Shown one piece after another: positions 50,524 through 64,000 of a stretch of DNA of 64,000 nt (its first letter is position 1; the number at the start of each line of letters is the position of its first letter). The position numbers and the translations under genes were made by a program. Where the stretch lies: contig OX597818.1 in the NCBI GenBank assembly GCA_951406725.2, positions 12,338,001 through 12,402,000 of the forward strand, given 5' to 3'. This DNA comes from Octopus vulgaris. Taxonomy: Eukaryota. The notes beneath the pieces were generated by a model. That model had not been told where the DNA came from and ran no database searches. It saw only the letters and a program-made list of their open reading frames with translations.

Positions 50524-52512
50524 CAAGGTTTGATCAATAAGTATCCGGACTGTTGCCATAGTAACTAAGCTAAAGCACTAAAAGTGAAGCCACTTGGTAA
50601 ATATTGACCTTGAACTCTGCTGTGCATACATACTAAAACGGGATCACATGTGGTCGTATCATATAGGAATTACAATCGCACGCGATCCCATTCTTAATGA
50701 GTTAGACAAACCATTTATACATGCAGCACAATAGAACATAAGGGATTGACAACAAGTCACTGTTTGAGAGGCAAGATAAGATTTTATTTACAATGAAGTT
50801 AAGGTTGGAAGTGTATGGGAGCATGCAACACGTGTTTGTGTCTGTGTGTTAGTGTGTGACAGAACAATGAATGTGGTTGACATAGAAAAGTACCTGATGG
50901 TGGGAGATAGCAGTCTTTGGTTGTTGAGCGTACATTGGCATAGTGGTTAAGGAACCATTGTATCATTTTGTTGTTTAGCGCTGTCTCTGAAGTTAGTTCT
51001 TACAGGAACTAAAGACCGGTATTTGATTTACTGTTTATGAGGTACACGAGGTGTAAGAGTTCAATATCAAGATGTTGTGTTTCGGAGCTGACATCTGTTG
51101 AATCGCTTGTTGCGTTTGTCTTTCTCTTGATATGAATATACTTCCAGATGTGTTAACTGTAGCAGTTTTTTCCGTGGTGAGATTTCACCTAACCGCTATA
51201 GTTGAATCTGTGATAGTCTTGTGTACTATTTAAAACTTCGTAGCTAGGGACGATGTTTGCTTGGTTTTTGTTCCTCTTGATATAGATTCCTGCAAACTGT
51301 TTTTCCGTGGTGTGGTTTTCACACAAACAGTATGAGTTGGTTTTGTAGCCATCTTATGTACGAGCTAAATCTTCGTAGGTAGCGACGGAGTTGGTGATGC
51401 CGTTATGTCTGGTTATATGGTCTCCGACCAAGATCTTAGAAGGTCTTAAGCCGAACGACCAAAAGTGTCTGAAACTCTCCTTTATATATTGTTTGGGTGG
51501 CTCAAACGAACCTCAGAAATGGGATCTTAATCCAAGGCTGTGATTGACTGTTTAGTGACAGTGGCGCGAAAATAAGTTGAGACAATTCGTGTCACGTGGC
51601 ACGGACTATGTAGAGACCACGTGTCAACTGCCAACCAATCAGCTTAGTGTTTACAACAGCGTTAAACCAGCCAAAGATGTTTGTTATCTCAAACGAGATC
51701 ATTCTTTTTGCTTTCCTCCAACAGTGAAGATAGCAATGGAGAAGCGATATTGCTACAATACTAAGGTTTAATGTTCTAGCTCATTTCCATGGTTTACAAC
51801 AGTGCTTGGAAGGAAGGTGAGTAGCGTGTGATCGTCGCATTGACCACGACAGAGAAAGTTGTCATGGCGATACCTGCTCAGAGGCCTACGTAAAGTTGCA
51901 GAAAGTGTATGATTGGTTTAGACGTTTTCAAGATGGCCGAAAAATGTTTATATTGATGAATGTTCTGGCAGTCCCGCAACCAGCAGAACTGAGAAAAGCA
52001 TCGCAGATGTGCGTGGAGCTGTGAGGGTAAATCGTCGAATCACCATCCGTGAGTTATCAGAGGATGTGCAGACTAGTTACGGTTCAGTTCAGTCCATTAT
52101 TCCCAAAGATTTGGGTATGAGACGCGTGTCTGCCGAGTTTGTGCTAAAACTGCTTTCAGCTGACCAAAGAGACACTCGGGTTTCAGCTGTACAAGATCTC
52201 CTTGATTGTGTCAAAAACAATGAAAATATTTTGAAAACTTTGTGCTGGCCTCTGAGCTAGTATCGTCAAGCTTTGGGCAAAATTTGATGTAGATTATCTG
52301 CTCAACTTTCTCTGTCATGGTCAATGCGACGTTCACACGCTACACACCTTTCTTCCAAGCACTGCTGTAAACAGCAGAAGTGAGCTAGAACGTTAAAACT
52401 TAGTGCTTATGCACAACAAAGTTCAAGAGCAATCTGTTCCAAGCAGCTTTACTCTACGTGCTTTAGCTTCGTTACTATAACAACAGTCCAAATACTTATT
52501 GTTCAGACCACG
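50524..52512 (+). mobile_element. Non-autonomous mariner derivative with long inverted ends, split by a 1.1-kb insertion
   Basis: TA-flanked TIRs CAAGGTTTGATCAATAAGTATCCGGACTG / CGTGGTCTGAACAATAAGTATTTGGACTG; HTH and linker remnant NRRITIRELSE...LGMRRVSAEFVLKLLS. Confidence 0.85.
50637..51757. mobile_element. Unclassified 1.1-kb insertion with ATACTAA direct flanks
   Basis: Interrupts the left mariner arm; ATACTAA at 50630-50636 and 51758-51764. Confidence 0.6.
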
Positions 52513-52694
52513 TAAATATATAAAGGTATATATAGAATATATATTCTTATACTTTGACATTCACATGTTTATGAAATTATTATGTTTATATCTTTCTGTC
52601 AGCATTTAAGGATGTATGCTTACTGATTATATATATATATTATGCAAGTTACTATAGTGAAATGAAACAAAAAATTCAGTTTAATAAAAAAAAA

Positions 52695-53040
52695 GCTGTT
52701 TCAGTCATTCGACAGCACCCACCTTGAATAATCTTTAGTCGAACGAATCGACCCCAGGACTTATTTTTTAAGCCTAGTACTTAATCCATCGCTCTCATTC
52801 GCCAAGTTATGGGGACGTAAATACGCCAAAACCGGTCAACCAGTGGTGGTAAACAAATACAAAGACACATGTATACATACGTTGGGCTTCTTTTAGTTTC
52901 CACGTACCAAATCCACCCACAAGGATTTGGTCGGCACGAAGCTATAGTAACACACGTCTAAGGTGCGACGCAGTGGAGCTGAACCAGGGACAATGTGGTT
53001 GGGAAAGCAAGCTTCTTACCACACAGCTATGCCTGCGCCC
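52695..53040 (-). mobile_element. SINE family 1, older copy
   Basis: Head and tail recognisable. Other partial copies at 47080-47230, 49855-50024, 54480-54640, 60880-61078, 61775-61920, 62140-62270 and 62745-62872. Confidence 0.82.
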
Positions 53041-54064
53041 TTAGATCAATATCATTTACAATCTAATATATTGAACCATTCTAGACAAAAAATACGCAAG
53101 ATATATTTTGCAACTTAACATAACATTAAGATAGATTACTAAACGTTTTACACTGATAAAAATAATTAATACATGTTAAGTATTTAGTTACGAAATTATA
53201 AAAATGAAATATTTTTAATACATTAAACAATTCTTTAAAAGATTTTACACTAATATAATATTGGTTTCAAATTTTGGCAGAAGGGCAGCGGTTTCCAGGG
53301 AGTGGGTTAGTTGATTATATCAATCCTAGTGCTCAACTGGTAAATATCTTATCGACCTCGAAAAGATGAAAGACAAAGTCGACTCTAGAGGTATTTGAAC
53401 TGAGAACCTAAAGTGGAAGAAATGCTGCTAAGCATCTTTCTGGAATGTTAACGATTCCGTCAGTTCACCACCTAATATTGGACAAAATATAATAAGTCCA
53501 GCAATTTTGGGAGAGGGGTTACGTCGCTTACATAGACCCTAGGGCTTAACTGCTGCCTATTTTACAAGCCCCGAAAGAATTAATGGCAAAGTCGACCTCA
53601 GAGAAATTTGAACTCACAACGTAAAGATGGACAAAGTGCAGCTAAGTATTTTCTCCGGTGTGCTAACGATTCTGTCACCTCGCCGTCTTAATTGGACCAA
53701 ATATTAAAAGCACATTGTGACATAAAATATTTAACTATTTATACTAAAATCTTCCTCAAAGAATTTTTCCGGATTTTGCATAAAACATAGACCAGTGATT
53801 GAACTCACTTGTACACCTCAATAGAAATTAATGACCATTTTTCTGTTTTTCTTCTTTCAGTGTTCCAGTTACTGGACTATTACAACACTATGGCACCAGT
53901 ATTGTTTTAGCAATTATATCAACATTAACATTTGCCTTGTACGTATTTGATTGTTCTCGTAGATTTCAAGAGGTGGAGCAGACATTGGCGTGAGAACAAC
54001 TAACTCAATTAATACTGTACGTTATTCGTCTTGGAATGTATGTATGTGTACCCTATGCTACATA

Positions 54065-54105
<41 letters not shown>

Positions 54106-57100
54106 ACACACACACACAACCACATGCATGCACATACATCACACGCTCATTCATACTCTCTCTCTCTCTCAAACATATATTTATATACGTGAATAACAAC
54201 AAAATGAAAGGGCACTCTTGATAGGTTTCTTGTTAGTATGAGACAATTTCCTGGCAATTATTTAATCAGAAATACTTTTACTAATACTATGACGACTGGC
54301 AGGCATGAGTATCAGTCAAACTATTTGTAGTTGAACAAGTATTGGTAAAATACGTTCATCGTGAATATGAAATCTATCTACAGGTTACACACAGACACAC
54401 ATACACACAAGCATGTGTATATGTGCATATATATGAATGTATGTGTGTTTATGTATGCGTATGTATGCATACATATATAACGTCCTACGTACAGTTTTCG
54501 TCAATAAAGTAGCACTTATTGGCCAACCAGCCCGAGCCAATTTTAAAAGACACTAACCATAGGAGCTGTGCAATGGAATCAGACCCCAAACGGCATTGGT
54601 AGTTGTGATGCGAACTCCGAAACTACAGAGCTCGTTCTGCATCCGTACACTATATTAGACACAAATATATTTGCAATACGGAACAAATGTGACCTCGTCA
54701 TTCAAAGCGAAAATCGATGTAATACTACCAAAATAAATTTTACTAAAAGTTGATAAAGATATGTTTGCCACTATCTTCCTAAAACAGATAACGTTGATTG
54801 CGCTTATATCAACTTTCGAGAGTCCGCATCAGTAAACATCACTAAGCTACCACTAATGCATCTATGCATATTGGTTTGTTGACTCAACTGCTTGCGATAC
54901 TTGCTCTATCTCTGTAATCTGACGAATTTTCCTGGTCATACCATCTCACTTTCCCTTGATATTTTGGATAAATACTAATTGTTCCACCTAGCTCATCTCA
55001 TATGTTCAACATAGCTTCGATCAACTATTCAACATCTTTTATGATACTCTATTTCCTCCTACCCAATGCAATTAGCTGTTTCGTACAAAACAACAGGCCT
55101 CGGAATTTCATTATGTCATGTTGTGTGTATGTGGGGAGGAGACTTTGTTACTTTAAACTCTTTCATTACTTTTGCTCAAAGTAGTTGGAATTTTGCACTT
55201 TCAAAATAGTACTCCAGTTCCCATTGCTAGTACACTTTCCTGTTATCATCATTCTCGTCAATGGTATCTAATTTACTAAAGTGAACATAAAAGCCTATGA
55301 AAAAGTTATGTTGATAATATTACTTTGGACTTTCTTACCAAACTACAATTTTCAATGACAATTCTCTGTGGCAACTTGGTCTCAATTTGAATACTTTTGT
55401 TTGACACAATCAGTTATAACTCTTCAAAGCCTACTTTTTTATTATTGTTATTTTCAATGTTAATGGCAAATTCTGTACCCTGCTCTGTCTTGTGATTGGT
55501 TGCAACATTTTAAGATTCGGTATGGGTACAGTACAGTTGGAATATTTCAATACCTCTGTGTACCTGACACTATGGTGGTGATGTTATATATAAATCCTTC
55601 AGTCGAGATTGTGCCTTACATTTTCCTTTGGAATTTATCAATTCTCTAGTTGATGCATCACCAATAATTTATTACGGATGTGAGATGATAATGTGTATTA
55701 GCTAATTAGCAGCGAAGCAAGATTAATTCAATCGAGAAACTCGAAAGGGCTTGATAGACTCATCTTTAGAAGCATTGTATTCATGGATATTTTCTTATTA
55801 TTGCATTTAATGAACAATAGAGTCGTTCGTTACTTATTCAATCTCGATTATTCATAAAGCTTTTACATTTGTGATATGATGAAGAGGCGATTTTACATTG
55901 AAGCATTTCCAAACTTTATAAAAAGCAAAGGTAATTTGAAACGGTATCAATCTAGATATACCAGTATTGATGTGTTTTCTTAGCTGATAAACATAGTTCT
56001 AGTGATTTGGGAGAACCAAAATGAGACAGTGTGTTATTCAAGGTTTTATAAAAGGTGTTAGTGGAGTAAGCTTGTGGAATAGGTTCCACATTGAAAATTG
56101 AAACCACCGCGGAGTGTTAGCTTTCCAGTAATTTAGTTCTTTCTCTATGACAATGCGATTTAAAGCAGAAACTTAAATGAGACGACCATGATAATGAAAC
56201 ATATTTGTTTACCGAATATTTTAATAAAAGAAAACAATTGCAAGTATAAAGCAGGAAATTAAGACAATACATCAATCGTAATTAAACGGAATCAATAATA
56301 AATTAAGAACGTTATATCAAAGCAGTCTGTAGCAGCAAAGTCACGCTTATAAAATGCGGTATCTAATATAAATAATAAATATATTCAATCTTTATCAGGA
56401 ATCATTCGAAGATTACTTAAAATAGTGAATTTCTATGCAGCACAATAAAGATGACTGAAAATTCCATTAAATATTATAAGTGGTGAAGAACTGTCCAACA
56501 GAACAATAGTCGTAATGATAAAATCGAAATACAAATGTTTTATGTAGCTAGTCTAGTTCATAACCTTAAGATACGTCCGAACATTTGTTGAAACCATACA
56601 TGTACTTTACTCTCAAAATACACTTGAGGTAAGAATAAAAAAATTGCTATTTTTTTCTACAAAATCATTGGAAAATTATAGCTACTGGCAAATGTTCTAA
56701 TTTGGTAATGGAAGCGATATAATTACTAAATTTTTATTTTATCAGAATATTTCAAAATATATAACGACAGTAAAAAAAAAGTAATAAATATATAAGTGGG
56801 TCAAAAACAGTTCAGAACGCTACTAAATAATGGTGCAGATGAAATAAATCATCTTTACTATAAACAATTTTAGTGTAGAGTAAATACTGGAGTCAGAAGA
56901 ATAAGGTGAGCGACTGCATCGGCAGCAATAAATCAAAAGAAGTGTTTCAGGAATGTAAAGTAAGTTTAGTTGCTTGTTTGCTCCTCGGATTACATGGCAA
57001 ACGAGTCCTTTTCTTTTTTAAATGGTAGGTTGCGTTTTCGACGGGGTTTAGGCTGCTCGACTCTCTTCATCTCACAGTTAAGGGTTAGGGTTAGGGTTAG

Positions 57101-57899
57101 AGTTATTAAAAGTTCCACCAACTCCTCGTATTTGGAATCGAGATAATGATATATTAACGTTAATGCAAGGTATTAATTTCATTGTGTATAATGTTTGCAG
57201 TCGGCCCACCAAATAGTGAAATAATTAATAGGATTATGAAAAACATTTTACGAGATACTAATTTGCATATCGGTATTAATATGAATATCGAATAAATGAA
57301 CAGGTACGTCATTAGGATCTATTAGGTGTGAATTTAACTAATTGGAAATTAACATATGTAGGAGTGATTGCAACAAATATTGAGGAAATATGCATATCAA
57401 GTGAATGGAAAAGAAATATTGCTAAGATGATGTGTTATTCTCACAGAGTACAGAAAAGTGGTTAGAAAATGATCAATGGATCATTAATATTGACAGAATA
57501 CCCCAGCTTATACGAGATCAACAAAGCAGCCTCAGAACGGTGGTTCGTCATCTAGAAGTAGCAGCTAAATCATCATCTGAATACAATCTTTTAAAAAGAA
57601 GAGAAAATGACATGAGATGAGGTGGTTCTGCTAACACAATATCTGAAATAAGATTGGGTTGGTCTGTGTGGAATAATCATAAGTCGGTGATCAGAAGTCT
57701 GTGGTCATAAGTCTGATAGATCAGAGATGATCTAAGTCTAGTCTCTATTGACAACATTCCTTTAAAAAATGTTTGCCACTGGACTACTATATTCATTTGG
57801 AAATGGCTTGTCGCTATTGTAATGATTGAGATCGAACGCGTGAATTCTTTATCAGTTTTCGTAGATGGAATTAGTTTCTGCTAATGCTAATATTAAGAT

Positions 57900-57901
<2 letters not shown>

Positions 57902-57986
<85 letters not shown>
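57902..57986. repeat. (GA)n microsatellite
   Basis: Seen directly. Confidence 0.95.
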
Positions 57987-57990
<4 letters not shown>

Positions 57991-58243
57991 CGAACTAGCG
58001 GAAGCGTAGAACATCGGAATATCTTGCAGCATTTTCCCAGCAGTTTACTTTCTGAGTTTGTGTTTCATCTTGCCAGAATCGACAAAGTAAAGAACCAGTC
58101 AAATACCGAAATAAATGGTATCGACTAATCCCCACCCACGCTTCAAAATTTCCGACATTATTCACACGGTATGTATGTGTACGTATGTGTTTATATATGT
58201 GTGTGCGTGTATGCATGTGTGCATGTATGTCTGTATGTATGCG

Positions 58244-58275
<32 letters not shown>

Positions 58276-58811
58276 TATATTTTACGTGTATGTGTTTGTA
58301 TATATATATATATATATATGTTTATTTATATATTTGTAGATATGTATAATGTATGCGTGTGTGTGCATATCGATATAGATGTACGTTTATATACATTTTA
58401 CATGCATATATATAACCGTATAGAACCAGTCAGATAGCGAAACAAATGACATCGACTAAATAAAAAAAAAATCATTATTCACACGGACAATTAACTTTTG
58501 TTGGTCTCGTCACGATTAACTGGCAAGAAGCAATCAACTCTTCCTGCAGATAAAATATGTGTAATAATCGCGCACCTAAAACTCAAGCAATCTAACACGT
58601 AAGCCAGCTTAGAAGGAAACGCCTATTCTTACGTTCTTTCGTTTAAAACTGTTGGTTTTCGAAATGTTAAATTAAGAAGTTTTCTTTGACATGTTTTAAT
58701 GCGTGGGTGCATATCTGCATATGAGTGTATCTATGGTAGCATATGTCTATACGTATACATGTATGTATATAGTATTTTTTAATGTATAATTTTGTATATA
58801 TATATATATAT

Positions 58812-59135
58812 AGGAGCACTCCGTCGGTTACGACGACGAGGGTCCCAGCTGATACGATCAACGGAGCAGCCTGCTCGTGAAATTAACGTGCAAGTGACTG
58901 AGCAATCCGCAGACACGTGTACCCCTAACGTAGTTCTCAGGGCGATTCAGCGTGACATAGAGTGTGACAAGGCCGGCCCTTTAAAATATAGGTACAACTC
59001 ATTTTTGCCAGCTGAGTGGACTGGAGCAACGTGAAATAAAGTGTCTTGCTCAAGGAAACAACGCGTCGCCAGGAATCGAACTCACGACCTTGCAATCGTG
59101 AGCCAAATGCCCTAACCACTAAGCCACGCGCCTTC
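58812..59135 (-). mobile_element. SINE family 3, full length
   Basis: Minus strand GGCGCGTGGCTTAGTGGTTAGGGC (A box) and GAGTTCGATTCC (B box). Confidence 0.9.
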
Positions 59136-59145
59136 ACACACACAC

Positions 59146-59194
<49 letters not shown>

Positions 59195-59464
59195 CATACA
59201 CACATATGTATGTGTGAGTGTGTGTGTCTATGAGTGACACTAAGTAGTGCTCAAATGATTGAAACTTAGATTTCGATGTCTTTACAGGGGGATCATTTCT
59301 GCAGGTTAAAGAAAGGCTATAAGATGGATCAAGTTGAGCTGATATGGGGGCATTTATGCTTATAAACAAATCAGATATATGCATACATGCAAAACGAGAG
59401 AAGGCAAAAGTGGAGACTTTCTGACGATGAATATTTAAGTATAAATATATATATATATAAACAT

Positions 59465-59551
<87 letters not shown>

Positions 59552-59555
<4 letters not shown>

Positions 59556-60092
59556 AATGTAGGATAACATTTTTTCGAAAAAAAATTTTATCGATAGCCA
59601 GCATATTAAAAATTACGTTTAAAGGTTAAATTATAAACAACATATAAATAAGGGCAAACGAAAAAATTTCTAATGCCAAATTTTTTCGTTTGCCCTTATT
59701 TATAAGTTGTTTATAATTTAACCTTTAAAGGTATTTTTTAATATGCTGGCCATTGATAAAATTTTTTTCGAAAAATTTTTATCCTACATTAGATATAAAT
59801 TTAATAGTGTTCACTTCCGGACTCTCCCACTCTGTGAGTGCCTCAGTTCAAATCGCACGTGTCTTGAATGGGCTGGAGTATTTCTATTTTGGATTTATTT
59901 GGGGTACTTAGTTGTGCTCATGACTTAGTGTTTGCTTCTTCCATGGGTATGAGTAAGTATCTCATTTACTTCTTTGCTACATGTATCACTGACGAAGGGA
60001 GGGTTCTTTTTGAACTAACCCTGAAATCGGTCCGATATGGTAATAATATTTGGCATTAGAAAATTTTTCGTTTGCCCTTATTTATAAGTTGT
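59552..60092 (+). mobile_element. Penelope-like non-autonomous element: inverted 5' arm, direct terminal repeat and hammerhead, in (TA)n
   Basis: Inverted arms about 59552-59667 and 59679-59795; TTTTCGTTTGCCCTTATTTATAAGTTGT repeated at about 59683 and 60065. Confidence 0.75.
59984..60037 (+). ncRNA. Type I hammerhead ribozyme motif
   Basis: TATCA-CTGACGA-AGGG..GTTC/GAAC..CCCT-GAAA-TCG-GTC-CGATA. Confidence 0.7.
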
Positions 60093-60744
60093 ATATATAT
60101 ATATATTAATAGAGTAAGGGGTGGAAGAAAGGTGTTATAAGTTCAACAACTATTTCTGGGGGCTCGGAGACCTAGCATGATGTTGTTAGATGCAGTTCAT
60201 CACAAATTGCAGCCGTAATGGAAGCAATCAGCATTGGATAAATGAAGCCTCTGAAAAGATCTTACATTTCAGATCGCGTATATGTATGCCTCTGCACAAG
60301 CAAAAAGCAACGCCCGCATGCACGCTCATTGATCTTGAAAGGCATTAATTTGAAGTATTACTTGAAAGTATCATTTTGGAACATTGAATAAACAACAGCA
60401 CATTCTCATAACTTTAATTGTATGGAGTTTATGATGTTTATAATATTACTACGAGAACCAGAAATGCAATCAAAAGAGTTAGATTGAAGCAGCTGTTTTT
60501 GAACGTAATTTTCACAATGATTTTTAAACGAAAGAACATAAAATAAGTATTTTCTTCAAACATTCACTTCATATTTCAAAAAATATTTAGAGAGGGAACA
60601 TTTGAAAAGAAAATCAGGCTTTGTTTACCTGGTGATGATCGGAAACAAGTAACGCATTGGTGTTGAAAGCGGTGCCTTTCGTTTTTCTGCATTAAAGAAT
60701 ACTCCACATTTGCATTCAGATCTGAAATTTATCGCTTCTGAATC

Positions 60745-60876
<132 letters not shown>

Positions 60877-63393
60877 TTTAGTAGTGGGGGGACAAACACA
60901 GACACACAAACATATATACATATATGTATACGACAGCTTCTTTCAGTTTCCGTCTATCAATTCCCCTCACAAGGCTTTGGTCGGCCTGAGACTTGCCTAG
61001 GGTGCCACGCAGTGGGACTGAATCAGTAACCATGTGGTTGGGAAGCAAGCTTCTTACCACACAGGCACGCCTGCGCCTATATACATATATGTTTATAAAC
61101 ATACATGTATATATATTTATAGATGTATATTTGTGCATGTATATATATAGATATAAGAGTGTATGTAAGCATGAAGATCTATACCTAATCTACCTCTCAA
61201 TCTAACTACTTATATGTGTACTTGTGTGTTTGTCTGTACATGTATGAATGTATATTTCGTGTATACAGAGAGAGGTGGTGTATTTCTCTGTATACGCATA
61301 TCTATATATATGTATATCTGCATATACCGCTCATTTGCCTCATTTGTCTCTTCTTTTTCTTGTCGATCTATACCTGATTTTATTTTTATTTTCCTTCTAG
61401 AATTTTTTATCTTTTTCTTCGATTTACTATTTCCCATTCTGTTCTGTTTCAACTCGCTTCGCGTATATTTTTACTTTGATTTAGCCTTTCTCCATTCTAT
61501 CACCTCACCACAAGAGTATAGGTGTTTTTCATACGTGAATATATATGTGCGTATAAGTGTGATGGTCTGCGCACGCGTGTGTACGTATATATGTGCGTGT
61601 TGATGTTTAATACATGGCTATGATTGTCCTGGGCGTCTGTGTTTCTTTGTCTGCGATTACCTTTTAGACACAGCCTTCCCCTTGCCACACTTCGTCTATC
61701 ACTAATGATCTCTGTTCATTCGCCATCGCCCCAACCAGCATCAGTACGTCCACTCACACAACCATTTACCGAAGGCACGAGAGTTTGGTAAAAGTTTGTT
61801 TCTAGACCATAGAACTTCGGATTCAGTCCGACTGCCTGGCACCTTGGGCACGTGTCTTATGTTAAAGTCGATCAAAGCTTTGTGAGTGAATTTTGTAGAT
61901 AGCATCTGAAAGAAGCCTGCACCCCCCACACATTCGCACAAACACTAACGCACGCCCACTTTGTCTTTATTAAATGCTATAAAAATGTCTTTATTAAATA
62001 CTATAAAAATATTATATTAAATATTATTAAATTACGTTTTATAGTATTTCATTTATTGAGCAGCTGAACGCCAAACATCCCGATTTTTTTTATGTATGAA
62101 TGTATGTATGTATGTATGTATGTATGTATGTGTCCATCTATCTGTGTGTCTTTGTGTTAGTGTCTGTGCTTCCACTGTTTAACAGCCCATGCTGGTTTCT
62201 TTACATCCCCGTAACATTAGCGCTTCGGCAAAAGTGTCCGATTAAATTAATACGAGGCTTTAAAAATATGTATCCATGTAGTTTCCATTCCAGGCTGTGC
62301 TTCGTCATGGCTTCTGATATAACACATAACCTAACTACACACACTCCTACTACGATTGTGACTTCATCACCTAACTCTGTTTCTCTTCCATATTTTTTTT
62401 TACTTAGGGACACCTTTGATCTTTATTTTACTTGGATGCGCCCTCCTAGACGTTCGTTGTTAAAAATCCTATGATATTATAATTGAAAATTATGAGAAAT
62501 TATATAAAAATAATTATTAAAATATTTTGTGTACTGTAGGAGAATAAACAATTTACTGGAGAAAATCTTGTATGGACCCAGAGTAAGAACCACAGACCAA
62601 ACTGAATGGCATCAGGCATCACTCTGTGGCTATTTATCACCGTTCCCCTCTACAAATGATTTACTCACTTTACCATTTTTGCTACTGTATACACACTCTG
62701 CTTCCAAACGCTGCTATTACTGTATCCAAGGATTATTTGTTTGTAGCGGTGAGTTAAGAAGCTTACCTCCTATCCACATGGTTCCGGGTTCAGTCCCACT
62801 GTGTGGTACCTTGGGGCGACCAAAGCCTTGTGAGTGGATTTGGTAGACAGAAACTGAAAGAACTCGTCGTATATTTACGAGGTGGAAATCGATAACATTG
62901 AGTCCAGTGCGCAGCTGGCACAGATTTTCTCGAGACTGAAGCGATGTAAGGCAACGTTGACCTCAGCGGTATTCGAACTCAGAAAGTAAAGAGTAGTAAA
63001 AAATGCCACTAAGCATTTGTCCGACGCGGTATCGAATCTGCCAGCTTACCTCATGCTTGTGTATGTGTGTATGTGTGTGTGTCTGTGTGTGCAGCCGAAA
63101 TTGCAAAGATAAGCCGAAATTGCAAAGATAATCTGGAACTCGACTGAGGAAAGAAAACTTTGAATGACCCGTCCGTGTTTTTCTTGTCCCTTTTTGTATC
63201 ATCTAGCTGTCTGGATGTTTTGTGTTCTTGTCCCATTTTTTGTATTCCTTTATATATATATAAGTTCAGCAAAAATTAGATTCAAATGAATATGGTACTT
63301 AAGTTGGATGCACCAGAATTCTGTATGGTGTTATCCATATAAATCCATGGGGTGATTATAATCAAAATAAGCAGCAAAAATAACTCCAGTAAT

Positions 63394-63479
63394 TTGGTAC
63401 GATCGTTTCGCACTACATCATTTTATTAAATGTTGTAAGTATTACAACAGTTTTAAAATGCTGAGCACTCATCAGCCAT
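63394..63479 (-). ncRNA. Type I hammerhead ribozyme motif with intact core, inside TA-flanked element about 63262-63707
   Basis: Minus strand TGG-CTGATGA-GTGCT..long stem..AGTGC-GAAAC-GATC-GTA-CCA; inverted repeat TTGAGGAAAAAGTTCGTG / CACGAACTTTTTCCTCAA at the element 5' end. Confidence 0.8.
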
Positions 63480-64000
63480 CAATAGAGGTTTTCCATTAAT
63501 ACATAATTTTCATATCAAGTGGTAACATTATAGAGAAGGTAGATATATAGACAAAGATGTGGATTTAAATTTTAAGAACATTTGAGGTAGTAAATTGAGG
63601 AAAAAGTTCGTGGGCCGTGTTTTTAAGAATAGTCTTTGTTTTTGAATAAATTCTTGCATAATAAAATCATTATTTTAAAACAACGCACGAACTTTTTCCT
63701 CAACCTAGTATATATATAGGCATATATTTTTACATATATGTGTTTGTATACACACACATACACATATATATGTATATTTATATAATTGTAGATAATTGTG
63801 TATGATGTATACGGGTGTGCATGTATAGAGAAGTAAGTTTATATACATGTTATATACATATATATAACTGTATACATACATAGATACACGCGCACACACA
63901 TACACATACATATAGATCCATACACACATCTATCATTGTAAGTGTGAATGTGTCATTCAACATCTATGAATATATCTAGAAGAGACATACGGTTGTCTAA

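Noticed and set aside
53861-53905. FQLLDYY similarity to SLC6 transporters
   Set aside because: Seven residues only, and no other SLC6-like exons were seen
57078-57105. (TTAGGG)n telomeric-like run
   Set aside because: Only about four imperfect units; too short to call an interstitial telomere
58990-59135. tRNA genes at SINE heads
   Set aside because: A and B boxes are present but run straight into SINE bodies, with no complete cloverleaf

Overview
AT-rich, microsatellite-dense eukaryotic DNA. The three tRNA-derived SINE families point to an octopus genome (inferred from recognising the repeats). I found no intact host gene. The window is mostly mobile elements: a same-strand chain of R4/Dong-clade LINEs (about 7-21.6 kb, one near full length), a near-intact CR1-group LINE with a Myb/SANT-like + CCCH ORF1, two mariner derivatives, a hAT remnant, a non-autonomous Helitron, a Tigger-like MITE and many SINEs. 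The main hidden signal is about ten type-I hammerhead-ribozyme motifs or half-motifs from several families. They sit in short, often fold-back elements inserted in (TA)n tracts (Penelope-like/retrozyme-like), and eight lie between 26 and 37 kb. Also seen: a microhomology-bounded templated insertion, a covarying 3' hairpin shared by a SINE and the CR1 LINEs, and a tentative decayed RGS22/RGSL1-like gene at about 22.3-28.2 kb. All calls are by eye, and the boundaries of decayed elements are approximate.
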